Assembly: GCA_964482495.1 (NCBI GenBank)
Contig: CAYZXS010000007.1
Coordinates: forward strand, 34,573 to 98,572
Reading direction: 5' to 3'
Length of the DNA stretch: 64,000 nucleotides
From: an uncultured Planctomycetales bacterium
GTDB lineage: Bacteria; Planctomycetota; UBA1135
Of the stretch, positions 25,628 to 35,285 are shown in pieces. The position numbers and the translations under genes were made by a program. The notes under the pieces were generated by a model. It worked only from the letters and a program-made list of their open reading frames with translations. It searched no databases and was not told where the DNA came from. Positions within the stretch are counted from its first letter, which is position 1. Each line of letters starts with the position of its first letter.

Positions 25628-27403
25628 TCAGCCGTGCAGCCCCTGCAGCTCGACCAAGCGCCAGTAGACGCCGCGGCGGGCCATCAAGGCGGCGTGGTCG
25701 CCCTCCTCGACCAGCTCGCCTTGGTGGAAGACCAGGATCCGGTCGACGTCGCGCACCGTGCTCAGCCGGTGGGCGACCGCCAGGCTGGTGCGGCCCGCCA
25801 TCAGCTCGTGCACCGCTTGCTGCAGGACGTGCTCGGTGTGGCTGTCGACGTTGCTGGTGGCCTCGTCGAGCGCCAGGACCGGCGGGCTGGCGGCCAGCAC
25901 CCGGGCGAAGCTCAAGAGCTGCTTCTCGCCGGCGCTGAGGTTCTTGCCGCGCTCGCGCACCGGCTCGCGGTAGCCGCGCGGGAAGCGGGCGACGAACTCG
26001 TCGAGGTGCAGCCGGTCGGCGGCCGCCTGGGCCTGCTCGTCCCCGATCTCGGGCTTGCCCAGGCGGATGTTCTCGAGGATCGTGCCCTCGAACAAGAACA
26101 CGTCCTGCGGCACCAGGGCGACGCGCCGGCGCAGCTCGCGCAGCGGGTGGTCGCGCAGCTCGACGCCGTCGAGCAGGATGCGGCCGTGAGTGGGGTCGTA
26201 GAGCCGCGTCAGCAGCTTCAGCACCGTCGTCTTGCCGGCGCCGGTCGCCCCCACCAGGGCCACGCGCTCGCCAGGGGCGACGCGGAAGCTGACCCGCTTC
26301 AGCACCTGCTCCTCGCCGTAGCCGAAGCCGACCTGGTCGAAGACGATCTCGCCGCGGGCGGTCGGCAGCGGCGGCGGCGCGGCGGGCTCGGGCAGCGCCT
26401 CGTCGACGTCGAGCAGGTCGAAGATGCGGCGGCTGGCGGTGGTGGCGTTCTGCAGCACCGTCCACTTCATGCTCAGGTCGTTGAGCGGCGCGAAGAAGCG
26501 CTGCATGTACTCGATGAAGGCGAACAGGGTGCCCAGGGTCAGCGCCGACTCGGCCGCGCCGGGGCCGCCGTCGAGGGCCTCGAGGGCGTGGCCGCCGCCG
26601 AACCACAGGATCAGGGCCACGGTGAAGCTGCCGAGCATCTCGACCGAAGCCGACAGCACCGACTCCCAGCGCACCGTGCGGAGCTGGGCGGCGCGCACGC
26701 CGCTGTTGGTCTGCTCGTACTGCTCCGCGACGCGCTGCTCACGCAGGAACATCTGGTTCACGGCCATGCCGCCGACCTGCTCGTGCAGGAAGGCGTTCAT
26801 CGCCGCCAGCTGCGCCCGCATCTCGTGGTAGGCCCGGCGCACGCGGCCGCGCACGAACATGGTCACGGCGCCGAGCGGCGGCACGATCAGCAGGGTCGCC
26901 AGGGTCAGCTGCCAGTCGAGCGCCAGCAGGATGCCGAGGGTGGCGCCGAGGAAGACGAAGTCGCCGAGCACCGTGACCACGCCGCTCGAGAACAGCTCAT
27001 TGAGGGCTTCGACGTCGGTGGTGACCCGGCCGAGCACCTTGCCGGTCGGGGTGCGGTCGTAGTACCGCGCCGGCAGCCGCTGCAGGTGGCCGAAGAGGCG
27101 GCTGCGCAGATCGAGCAGCGCGTTCTGGCCGGCGGTGTCGACCGAGATCATCTGCAGACGGCGCGCGACCATCTCGACCACGCCGACGGCGACGAAGGCC
27201 GCCACCAGCCAGCCGACGCCGTCGAGCACCCCGGGGGTCAGGTAGTCGTCGATGCCGGTCTTGACCAGGAAGGGCAAGCACAGCCGGCAGCCCGAGCCGA
27301 TGAGCAGGAACAGGAAGCCGCGCGCCAGGAAGCGCCGGTGCGGGCGCAGGAAGGGCCACAGCCGCCGCAGCAGGCCGAAGTCGATGCCGCGGCGCTCGCT
27401 CAT
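25628..27403 (-). CDS. ABC exporter, fused permease/ATPase subunit
   Basis: Six-TM domain followed by Walker A GATGAGKTT, signature LSAGEKQLL and Walker B VLALDEATS. ATGA overlap with the upstream partner gene. Confidence 0.95.
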   Translation of the reverse strand: MSERRGIDFGLLRRLWPFLRPHRRFLARGFLFLLIGSGCRLCLPFLVKTGIDDYLTPGVLDGVGWLVAAFVAVGVVEMVARRLQMISVDTAGQNALLDLRSRLFGHLQRLPARYYDRTPTGKVLGRVTTDVEALNELFSSGVVTVLGDFVFLGATLGILLALDWQLTLATLLIVPPLGAVTMFVRGRVRRAYHEMRAQLAAMNAFLHEQVGGMAVNQMFLREQRVAEQYEQTNSGVRAAQLRTVRWESVLSASVEMLGSFTVALILWFGGGHALEALDGGPGAAESALTLGTLFAFIEYMQRFFAPLNDLSMKWTVLQNATTASRRIFDLLDVDEALPEPAAPPPLPTARGEIVFDQVGFGYGEEQVLKRVSFRVAPGERVALVGATGAGKTTVLKLLTRLYDPTHGRILLDGVELRDHPLRELRRRVALVPQDVFLFEGTILENIRLGKPEIGDEQAQAAADRLHLDEFVARFPRGYREPVRERGKNLSAGEKQLLSFARVLAASPPVLALDEATSNVDSHTEHVLQQAVHELMAGRTSLAVAHRLSTVRDVDRILVFHQGELVEEGDHAALMARRGVYWRLVELQGLHG

Positions 27404-29250
27404 AAGCCCTCCCCCTCCGGGTCCACGCCCAGGTCGGCGGCCAGCGCCTCGCGGGTGCGCTGCTGGTGGTAGAGGCGCGCGTAGGGGCCGTCCTCGCGGA
27501 TCAGCTGTTCGTGGCAGCCGCGCTCGACGACGCGGCCCTCATCGAGCACCAGGATCTGATCGCATCGCCGGATGGTGGCGACCCGGTGGGCGACGATCAC
27601 CGCGGTGCGGCCGTGCATGACCGGCCGAAGCCCGGCTAGGATCTGCTCGGTGGTCTCAGCGTCGACCGCCGAGAAGGGGTCGTCGAGCAGCAGCACCCGC
27701 GGCCGCAAGAGCATCACGCGCGCCAGCGCCGTGCGCTGCCGCTGGCCGCCGCTGACATTCAAGCCGCGCTCGCCGACCATGGTCTCCAGGCCGTCGGGGA
27801 ACTGCGGCAGGTCCTTGCCGAGCTGGGCGGCCTCCATCGCCGCCATCACGGCCTCGGCGCTGGCGTCGGGCTGGCCCAGGGCGACGTTCTCGGCCAGGGT
27901 GGCGCTGAACAAGAAGGCCTCCTGCGGCACGTAGCCGGTGGCGCGCCGGGCGTCGGCCAGGCGGAGGGCGGTCAGGTCGGCGCCGTCGAGGAAGACCCGT
28001 CCCGGCTCGATCTCGAGCTGCCGCGCCAGCGCCTTGAGCAGCACGCTCTTGCCGGAGCCGGTGGCGCCCACGATGCCGAGGGTCTGGCCAGCGGGCAGCT
28101 CGAAGCCGACCTGGTCGAGCACGGTGCGCGCCTCGCCGTGCTCGTTCTCGAGCGTGACCGTGAGCTCGCGCACCTCCAACCGGCCGCCCCCGGCCGGCAG
28201 CTCGGCGGGCGCCGGCGGGTCGTCCAGTCCCGGCGGCGTGTCGAGCAGTTCCCGGATGCGGCCCAGGGCCGCGGTGCCGCGCTGCAGCGAGCTGAGCACG
28301 AAGCCGAGCACGGCGGTCGGCCCGGCCAGGAACTGCAGGTAGAGCAGCATGGCGACGAAGTCGCCCAGGCTGATGCCGCCGCCGATCACCTTCGGCCCGC
28401 CGACCAGCAGCACCACCAGCGGCCCGACGGCGCTGAGGCCGATCATCATCGCCTGCATCCGCGAGCGGGCCCGCGTCAGCAGCAGGTTGAGGTCGCGGTA
28501 CTCCCGGCAGCGGCGCTCGAAACGCTCGCGGTCGAAGTCCTCGAGCACCAGGCCCTTGATGACCATGTGGCCAGAGAGGCTCTCGTCGACCCGCGTGCTG
28601 ATCTCGGACAAGCCCTCCTGCGAGGCGCGCGACAGCTTCTGGATCTGCGCCGCGATGCGCCGCGCCCGCCACAGCGCCAGCGGGAAGGGCAGCATCCCGA
28701 CCAGGGTCAGCGCCGGGTCGATGGCGAACATGAAGCTCAGGCAGACCACGTACAGCGCCGCGGTCTCGGCCAGGTAGAGGAAGACCGGCCCGAGTAGGCT
28801 CTGCACGAACTGGACGTCGTTGACGCAGCGCGACATGACGTCGCCGGTCTGGCGGCTGGCGTAGAAGGACGGCGATAACTTCAGCAGGTGACCGAAAACG
28901 CGCTCGCGCAGGTCGTGGATGCCGCGGCGGCTGGTGCCGAGCACGAGCAGCCGGCTGGTGGTGCGGACCGCGGCGCCGGCGGCGGCGATGAGCACGATCG
29001 ACAGCGCGCCGATCCAGAGTAGCTGGCGCAGCTCGGCGGCGTCGGGCGGCGGCGCGGCTTCGGCGCCGGCCACGGCCGCCCCTCCACCGAGCGTGGGCGC
29101 CGCGGCCTCCTTGAGCACGTCGATCGAGTCGCCCAGGTAGCGCGGCACCAGCATGCGCAGCAGCACCGCGCCGATGATGCACAGGGCCCCGCCGAGGTAC
29201 CGCCAGCGGTAGCGTCGGAAGATCGGTCCGAGCAGGGCGAGCTCGCGCAA
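27400..29250 (-). CDS. ABC exporter, fused permease/ATPase subunit (heterodimer partner)
   Basis: Walker A GATGSGKSV, signature VSGGQRQR and Walker B LLLDDPFSAVD. Confidence 0.95.
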   Translation of the reverse strand: MRELALLGPIFRRYRWRYLGGALCIIGAVLLRMLVPRYLGDSIDVLKEAAAPTLGGGAAVAGAEAAPPPDAAELRQLLWIGALSIVLIAAAGAAVRTTSRLLVLGTSRRGIHDLRERVFGHLLKLSPSFYASRQTGDVMSRCVNDVQFVQSLLGPVFLYLAETAALYVVCLSFMFAIDPALTLVGMLPFPLALWRARRIAAQIQKLSRASQEGLSEISTRVDESLSGHMVIKGLVLEDFDRERFERRCREYRDLNLLLTRARSRMQAMMIGLSAVGPLVVLLVGGPKVIGGGISLGDFVAMLLYLQFLAGPTAVLGFVLSSLQRGTAALGRIRELLDTPPGLDDPPAPAELPAGGGRLEVRELTVTLENEHGEARTVLDQVGFELPAGQTLGIVGATGSGKSVLLKALARQLEIEPGRVFLDGADLTALRLADARRATGYVPQEAFLFSATLAENVALGQPDASAEAVMAAMEAAQLGKDLPQFPDGLETMVGERGLNVSGGQRQRTALARVMLLRPRVLLLDDPFSAVDAETTEQILAGLRPVMHGRTAVIVAHRVATIRRCDQILVLDEGRVVERGCHEQLIREDGPYARLYHQQRTREALAADLGVDPEGEGL

Positions 29251-29272
29251 GGCCCGATAGGATGACGCCGCG

Positions 29273-32200
29273 ATGCGTGATCTGCCCCTTCTTTGCTCCG
29301 CGCTGGCCCTGCTCTCGGCGGCCTGCGGCGGCCCCGGCCACCTCGCCGATCTCGGCGCCCCGGACGGCGCCGCCGGCGGTCATCCGCGCGGATACGTGTG
29401 CTATCCGGGCTCGCCCGAGGTCGACGGCCGGCTCGACGACGCGGCCTGGGCGGCCGCCGACTGGACCGCGGAGTTCGTCGACATCCAGGGCACGCCGCCG
29501 CTGCCGGCGCCGCGCTTCCGGACCCGCGCCAAGATGCTGTGGGACGAGGAGTACCTCTACGTCGGCGCCTGGATGGACGAGCCGCACGTCTGGGGAACGC
29601 TCACCGAGCACGACGCGGTGATCTTCTACGACAACGACTTCGAGGTCTTCCTCGACCCCGACGGCGACACCCACCAGTACTACGAGTTCGAGATCAACGC
29701 CCTGAACACCGGCTGGGACCTGCGGCTGGTCAAGCCCTACATCGACGGCGGGCCGGCGCTGAACGAGTGGGAGATCCCGGGGCTGCGGACCGCCGTCTGG
29801 ATCGACGGCAGCCTGAACGACCCCTCGGACAGAGACCGCGGCTGGTCGGTGGAGCTGGCCTTCCCGTGGGCGGTGCTGGCGGAGTTCGCCGACCGGCCGT
29901 CGCCGCCGCAGGACGGCGACCAGTGGCGGATCAACTTCTCGCGCGTGCAGTGGCAGCACGAGGTGGTCGACGGCGGCTACCGGAAGGTGCCGGACACCCC
30001 GGAGGACAACTGGGTCTGGTCGCCGCAAGGGCGGATCAACATGCACCTGCCGGAGCGGTGGGGCTACTTGCAGTTCTCGACCGGGGAGCCGGGTCGAGTG
30101 TCCTTCCGACCCGACCCCGCGTGGCCGGCGCGCGAGGAGCTGATCCGGATCTACGAAGCGCAGAAGGCCTTCCACGGCGAGCATGGCCGCTGGGCCGGCA
30201 GCCTGGAGGAGCTGGGGCTGGAGTCGCCGGCGATCCTGTGGCCGGAGCCGGGCGGCTGGCGGGCGACGGTGGGCAATCTCTCGATTCGCCAGGACCGGCG
30301 GATCTCCGCCCCCGGCTGGGGGACCGCCCTCCTCGACTGCGGAGAGGAGCGCTTCGCGGAGTGGGCGCAGGCGCTCGCCACGCTCCCCGAGGACCAGATG
30401 CTCGGCGCGCTCTTCCTGCTCGAGCACATGCCGCGACGCGACCTGGAGAACATCGACCTCGGTGTCGTGCTCGAGAACCTCGAGTACGCCTACCGCGCCC
30501 GCGCCGAAGTGCCGTGGGGCGCGGACATCCCCGAGGAGCTGTTCCTCAACGACGTCCTGCCCTACGCCAACGTCAGCGAGACCCGTGAGGCCTGGCGCAA
30601 GCCGATGTACGAGCGCTGCATGCCGCTGGTGCGCGACTGCAAGACGCCGGCCGAGGCGGCGCAGAAGCTGAACCAGGAGCTGTTCCCGCTGGTCGGCGTC
30701 AAGTACTCGACCCAGCGGCGCCGCGCCGACCAGAGCCCGTCGGAGTCGATCGAGATCGGCATGGCCTCCTGCACCGGGCTGTCGATCCTGCTCGCCGACG
30801 CCTGCCGCGCGGTCGGCGTGCCGGCGCGGCTGGCGGGCATCCCGCGCTGGGCCAACAAGCCCGGCAACCACACCTGGGTCGAGGTCTGGGACGACGGCTG
30901 GCACTTCGCCGGCGCCGCCGAGCCCGACGGCCGCGGCCTGAACCACGCCTGGTTCGAGGGCGACGCCCGTCTGGCGCTGCGCGACTCGAAGATGAGCGCG
31001 ATCTACGCCGTCAGCTACGCCCGCACTGGGGTCGAGCTGCCGATGGTGTGGAGCGAGGTCGATTGGGGGGTGCAGGCGGTGAACGTCACCGACCGCTACG
31101 CCCCGCGCGACGGCGCGGCGGTGCGCGAGGACCGCACCCGGCTGATGATCGACGTCCGCGACGGCGCCGACGGCCCGCGGATCGCGGCGGCGCTGCGGCT
31201 GACCGACGCCGAGGACCCCGAGATCCTGTTCGAGGGCACGACCAAGGGCGAGGGCGCCGACACCAACGACCACCTGGAATTCGAGGTGCCGCGCGGTCGG
31301 CGCTGGGCGGTCCAGGTCGAGTTCGGCGGCCGGACGATGAGCCTCGAGCACCCGGCCAAGGCCGAGCCGCAGGAGATCGTCGTCCTCCACCTGCCCGCCG
31401 CCGGCGCGGAGGCCTCCTCCGCCGCGCCCGGCCCCGGCGGCCCGCGCGAGCAGCTGCTGGCGACCGCCCGGGAGTGGTTCGCGGCCGACGACCAGGCCCG
31501 GGCCGGCATCCGCTTCCCCGCCGCCGTCGACCGCTGGATCGGCGCCAACCAGGAGTACGAGGAGCAGGCCGTCCGCGCGGTCTGGCAGGCCTACCGCGAA
31601 GCGCCGATCCACGACGAAGCGCGCGCCGACTTCGACGCCCGCCGCGTCCGCGCCGGCGGCAAGGAGAGCCCCTACACCCTCAAGCAGGTCGGCGAGAAAC
31701 CCGCCGGCGGCTGGCCGCTGTTCATCGCCATGCACGGCGGCGGCGGCGTGCCCAAGCACGTCAACGACGGCCAGTGGGAGCACATGCAGATCTACTACCG
31801 GGACCACCCGGAGGCGGGCGGCTACCTCTACCTGGCCCTGCGCGCCCCCACCGACGAGTGGAACGGCTTCTACACCGGCTACATGTACCCGGTGATCGAC
31901 GCCCTGATCCGCCAGCAGCTCCTGTTCAGCGACGTCGACCCGGACAAGGTCTTCCTGATGGGCTACAGCCACGGCGGCTACGGCGCCTTCGCCATCGGCC
32001 AGGTCATGCCCGACCGCTTCGCCGCGGTCCACGCCTCGGCCGCCGCGCCGACGCCCGGCGAGGGATCGCCCCGCAACCTCCGCAACACCGTCTTCACCTA
32101 CATGGTGGGCGAGAAGGACACCGCCTACGGCCGCGCCGAGCGCAACCAGGAGTTCGCGGTGGAGATCGAGGCGCTGAAGGAGGCACACCCCGGCGCCTAC

Positions 32201-32623
32201 CCCGTCACCTTCGAGTGGCAGCCCGGCTACGGCCACGGCGGCCTGCCCGACCGCGACAAGATCCCCTCGATGTACCCGGCGGTGCGCCAGGCCGCGCCGC
32301 GCCAGCTGGACTGGGTGGTCACCGGCGACCGCGTCCGCGACCACTTCTGGCTGCACCTGGACGCGCCCGCCAAAGGCCAAGAGCTGTCGGCCAGCCTGGC
32401 GGACAACGCGCTGAAGCTGGAGGCCGAGGGGGTGACCACCGTCGAGCTCTGGTTCGGCGGCCGCCTGGTGGATTTTAGCCGGCCGTTGGAGATCCACGCC
32501 AACGGCGAAGCGAGCACCCGCGAGCTCGAACCGAGCGCGGCCGATCTCTGCCGCACCCTGCTCGATCGGGGCGATCCGCGGCGGGCCGCGAGCGTCGTCC
32601 TGCGCCTGTCGGTCGGGCCCTGA
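29273..32623 (+). CDS. Multidomain lipoprotein: CBM9/DOMON-like + transglutaminase-like core + alpha/beta-hydrolase (esterase) domain
   Basis: Lipobox LLSAAC. CBM9-like VDGRLDDAAWAAADWT...YYEFEINALNT...WSVELAFPW. Transglutaminase core MASCTGLSILLADACRAVGVPAR...NHTWVEVWD. Esterase region LFIAMHGGGG and the nucleophile elbow GYSHGG. Confidence 0.8.
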   Translation: MRDLPLLCSALALLSAACGGPGHLADLGAPDGAAGGHPRGYVCYPGSPEVDGRLDDAAWAAADWTAEFVDIQGTPPLPAPRFRTRAKMLWDEEYLYVGAWMDEPHVWGTLTEHDAVIFYDNDFEVFLDPDGDTHQYYEFEINALNTGWDLRLVKPYIDGGPALNEWEIPGLRTAVWIDGSLNDPSDRDRGWSVELAFPWAVLAEFADRPSPPQDGDQWRINFSRVQWQHEVVDGGYRKVPDTPEDNWVWSPQGRINMHLPERWGYLQFSTGEPGRVSFRPDPAWPAREELIRIYEAQKAFHGEHGRWAGSLEELGLESPAILWPEPGGWRATVGNLSIRQDRRISAPGWGTALLDCGEERFAEWAQALATLPEDQMLGALFLLEHMPRRDLENIDLGVVLENLEYAYRARAEVPWGADIPEELFLNDVLPYANVSETREAWRKPMYERCMPLVRDCKTPAEAAQKLNQELFPLVGVKYSTQRRRADQSPSESIEIGMASCTGLSILLADACRAVGVPARLAGIPRWANKPGNHTWVEVWDDGWHFAGAAEPDGRGLNHAWFEGDARLALRDSKMSAIYAVSYARTGVELPMVWSEVDWGVQAVNVTDRYAPRDGAAVREDRTRLMIDVRDGADGPRIAAALRLTDAEDPEILFEGTTKGEGADTNDHLEFEVPRGRRWAVQVEFGGRTMSLEHPAKAEPQEIVVLHLPAAGAEASSAAPGPGGPREQLLATAREWFAADDQARAGIRFPAAVDRWIGANQEYEEQAVRAVWQAYREAPIHDEARADFDARRVRAGGKESPYTLKQVGEKPAGGWPLFIAMHGGGGVPKHVNDGQWEHMQIYYRDHPEAGGYLYLALRAPTDEWNGFYTGYMYPVIDALIRQQLLFSDVDPDKVFLMGYSHGGYGAFAIGQVMPDRFAAVHASAAAPTPGEGSPRNLRNTVFTYMVGEKDTAYGRAERNQEFAVEIEALKEAHPGAYPVTFEWQPGYGHGGLPDRDKIPSMYPAVRQAAPRQLDWVVTGDRVRDHFWLHLDAPAKGQELSASLADNALKLEAEGVTTVELWFGGRLVDFSRPLEIHANGEASTRELEPSAADLCRTLLDRGDPRRAASVVLRLSVGP

Positions 32624-32709
32624 TCCCGGAGCGGGAACAGGCCGACGAAGGCGCGGTCCTCTCGTAAGGTGGGATTCACCCCCCCAGTCCCCCGGACTCC
32701 CCCGACGAC

Positions 32710-33933
32710 ATGATCCGCGCGCTCTCCCTGCCCCTGCTCTGCACCTTCCCCCTGCTCGCCGCGGCCCCGCCGCAAGAGCCCGAGGCCGTCGCCACCCTGG
32801 TCGACTCCGCCGCCCTCGAGCTCGACGGGACCCTGATTCCGTCCGCCTCCGAGGCCGTCACCTTCTGGCCGGAGACCTGGGCCGGCGAGCTGCTCTTCCT
32901 CGAGGTCGTGCCCCACGGCGCCATGGTCGAGGCCGGCCAGGTGATCGCCGTCTTCGACCCCCGGCAGATCGACGAGCAACTCCGCGCCGCCAAGGAAGAC
33001 CTCGAGTCCTCCCGCCTCAGCTTCCGGATCAGCACCCGCAAGGCCGAGCTCGAGGATCGCGCCGGGCGCCAGCGCATCGAGATGGCGGAGCGGGCCCTGA
33101 AGCGGGCCGAGCAGGGCCTGGAGAGCTTCCACGAGTTCGAGCTGCCGATGCGGGCGAAGCAGATGGAGCTGCAGCAGCTGTACAGCGAGGACGGCATCAA
33201 GGACCTGAAGGACGAGCTGGCCCAGCTCAAGGCGATGTACGAGGACGACGAGATCACCGACGCCACCGAGGACATCGTGCTCCAGCGCTCGGTGCGCCAG
33301 CTCGAGCGGACGCTCGTCAGCGCCGAGCTGTCGAAGGCCCAGCGGCAGCACCAGCGGGAGTTCGACTGGCGGATGGAGGCCCAGCGCAAGGAGGAGGACG
33401 TGCTGCGGCAGCGCAGCGCGCTGGAGAAGATGGTCGAGGAGTTCAAGCTGGATCAGCGCGCCCGCCACGACCGCCAGGCGAAGACCGAGGGCGAGCTGAA
33501 GCGCAAGGCCGAAAAGCTGGAGCGGCTGGCCCGCGACCGCCAGTCCTTCGAGCTCGAGGCGCCGCGCGCCGGGATGCTGCTGCACGGCAAGGTCGAGGAC
33601 TACTACCCCGGCGCGGCGGCGCCGCGCCACGCCCGCGGCGGCCGCGGCCAGCTGCGCGCGCCGATGTTCACGATCGCCGAGCCGCGCGGCTTCCACGTCG
33701 CCGTCAAGCTCAACGAGTCGCAGGTCGGCGGCCTGCAACAGGGCGCCGCCGTCACGATCGAGCCGGTGATCCAGGCCGAGGGCACGCTGCGAGGCACGCT
33801 GACCGTCGAGGTCCTGCCGCTGCCCGAGAGCGCCCGCGGCCCCGAGAACCAGTACGCCGGCCTGGTCGAATCCGACAACCAGGCGACCGGCTGGGCGCCC
33901 GGCATGCGCGCCAAGGTCGTGGTCGAGGGATGA
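32710..33933 (+). CDS. HlyD/membrane-fusion-like periplasmic adaptor protein
   Basis: Signal peptide, then a lipoyl-like hairpin (GAMVEAGQVIAVFD), a long Glu/Arg/Lys/Gln coiled coil and a C-terminal beta domain (MRAKVVVEG). Confidence 0.6.
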   Translation: MIRALSLPLLCTFPLLAAAPPQEPEAVATLVDSAALELDGTLIPSASEAVTFWPETWAGELLFLEVVPHGAMVEAGQVIAVFDPRQIDEQLRAAKEDLESSRLSFRISTRKAELEDRAGRQRIEMAERALKRAEQGLESFHEFELPMRAKQMELQQLYSEDGIKDLKDELAQLKAMYEDDEITDATEDIVLQRSVRQLERTLVSAELSKAQRQHQREFDWRMEAQRKEEDVLRQRSALEKMVEEFKLDQRARHDRQAKTEGELKRKAEKLERLARDRQSFELEAPRAGMLLHGKVEDYYPGAAAPRHARGGRGQLRAPMFTIAEPRGFHVAVKLNESQVGGLQQGAAVTIEPVIQAEGTLRGTLTVEVLPLPESARGPENQYAGLVESDNQATGWAPGMRAKVVVEG

Positions 33934-35090
33934 TCACCGCCCTGCTGCTCGCGGCGGCCGCCCTCCCCCAGGAGCCGGCCCACCTCTCCCCTCCGCGCGC
34001 CGAGGCCATCCAAGGCGCGGTCGAGTGGCTGGTCGCCAACCAGAACCCCACCGGGACCTGGGGCAGCCACCACTCGCCGCGGCCGATCGAGGTGTTGTGC
34101 TCGGTGCCCGGCGGCCACCACGTGTTCCGCGTCGCCACATCGGCGCTGTGCGTGATGGCGCTCGACCGCAGCCCCTACCAGACCGAGGCCAGCCGCGCCG
34201 CCGCCGACCGCGGCGTCGACGCCATCCTGCGCGAGCACGAGGTCAAGCGCGCCAGCATGCTCGAGCACTACACGGTGTGGGCGCTCGGCTACACGCTGCA
34301 GGCCCTGAGCGAGCGACTGATCGCCCAGCCCGACGACCCGCGGGCCGAGGCCATGCGCACGGTCTGCCAGCGCATGATCGACAAGCTGGAGCTCTACCAG
34401 TGCCTGGACGGCGGCTGGGGCTACCTCAGCCTGCAGGAGTTCAAGACCTACAAGCCGTCCTTCACCTCGATGAGCTTCACCACCGCGACCTGCCTGATCG
34501 GGCTGGCGCGGGCGCGCGAGGCCGGCTTCGAGCTGCCGCCCGAGATGATCCGCAAGGCGGTCGACTCGGTCGACCGCTGCGAGACGGCGATGAAGTCCTT
34601 CACTTACGGCGAGCTGTGGCGCAAGGGCCGGCCGAACTCGCCCAGCGTCAACCACTCCAAGGGCGCCGCCTGCCGCGGCCCGGTCTGCCTCGAGTCGATC
34701 CTGCTCTTCGGTCGCGAGCGGGCCCACGGCGACCTGATCCGCGCCATGGACCGGCTGCTCATCGACCACCTCGACTTCCAGATCGCCTCGCTGCGGCGGC
34801 CGATCCCGCACGAGTCCCACTACGGCATCTCCGGCTACTTCTACCTCTACGGCTACTACTACGCCGCCGAGATGCAGCGGCGCCTCCCTGACGCAGACCG
34901 CGCCCGCTACGCGCCCCTGCTCGAGAAGGCGGTCAACGTCTGCCGCCAGCCCGACGGTTCCTACTGGGACTACCCGCTCTACAGCTACCACAAGCCCTAC
35001 GGCACCGCCTACGCGCTGCTGACCTTGTCCGAGGTCGAGCACGTGGCCCAGCACCACAGCCCGTCGGCGCCGGCCCCTCCTCGAGGCTGA
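33930..35090 (+). CDS. Prenyltransferase/squalene-oxidase-repeat (alpha/alpha-toroid) protein
   Basis: Repeats QNPTGTWGS, LDGGWGY and QPDGSYWDY. ATGA overlap with the adaptor gene. Confidence 0.7.
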   Translation: MITALLLAAAALPQEPAHLSPPRAEAIQGAVEWLVANQNPTGTWGSHHSPRPIEVLCSVPGGHHVFRVATSALCVMALDRSPYQTEASRAAADRGVDAILREHEVKRASMLEHYTVWALGYTLQALSERLIAQPDDPRAEAMRTVCQRMIDKLELYQCLDGGWGYLSLQEFKTYKPSFTSMSFTTATCLIGLARAREAGFELPPEMIRKAVDSVDRCETAMKSFTYGELWRKGRPNSPSVNHSKGAACRGPVCLESILLFGRERAHGDLIRAMDRLLIDHLDFQIASLRRPIPHESHYGISGYFYLYGYYYAAEMQRRLPDADRARYAPLLEKAVNVCRQPDGSYWDYPLYSYHKPYGTAYALLTLSEVEHVAQHHSPSAPAPPRG

Positions 35091-35093
35091 TCC

Positions 35094-35256
35094 CGTCCGG
35101 TTTCCCCTTTCCGCCCCCTCGACGTCTCGTGCCAGTTTGGCACCAAACCCTGCGGCCCTCGGATCTGCGCCGCTGCGCGGCGCGGATCCACGGGCCGCAG
35201 GGTTTGGTGCCAAACTGGCACGAGACGTCGAGGGGGCGGAAAGGGGAAACCGGACG
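35094..35256. repeat. 163-bp near-perfect palindrome (65-bp perfect arms plus a nested 13-bp inner stem)
   Basis: 35094-35158 is the exact reverse complement of 35192-35256, checked base by base. In the spacer, 35161-35173 pairs with 35177-35189 with one T:G position, around a 3-nt loop. The palindrome lies exactly between the convergent stops at 35090 (+) and 35286 (-). Confidence 0.95.
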
Positions 35257-35285
35257 AGGGCGGCGCGGGGACCTTGAAGGAGGCC

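Noticed and set aside
27656-32497. 1613-aa ORF on the minus strand, the longest in the track
   Set aside because: It is antisense to the well-supported ABC exporter and the CBM9/transglutaminase genes. Its composition is dominated by Arg, Gly, Ala and Pro with no recognisable motifs. This is a typical high-GC shadow ORF.
35131-35147. TGGCAC motif within the palindrome arms as a possible sigma-54 -24/-12 promoter
   Set aside because: The downstream element is CTGC, one nucleotide out of register with the TGGCAC-N5-TTGC consensus. The site faces the 3' ends of both neighbouring genes.
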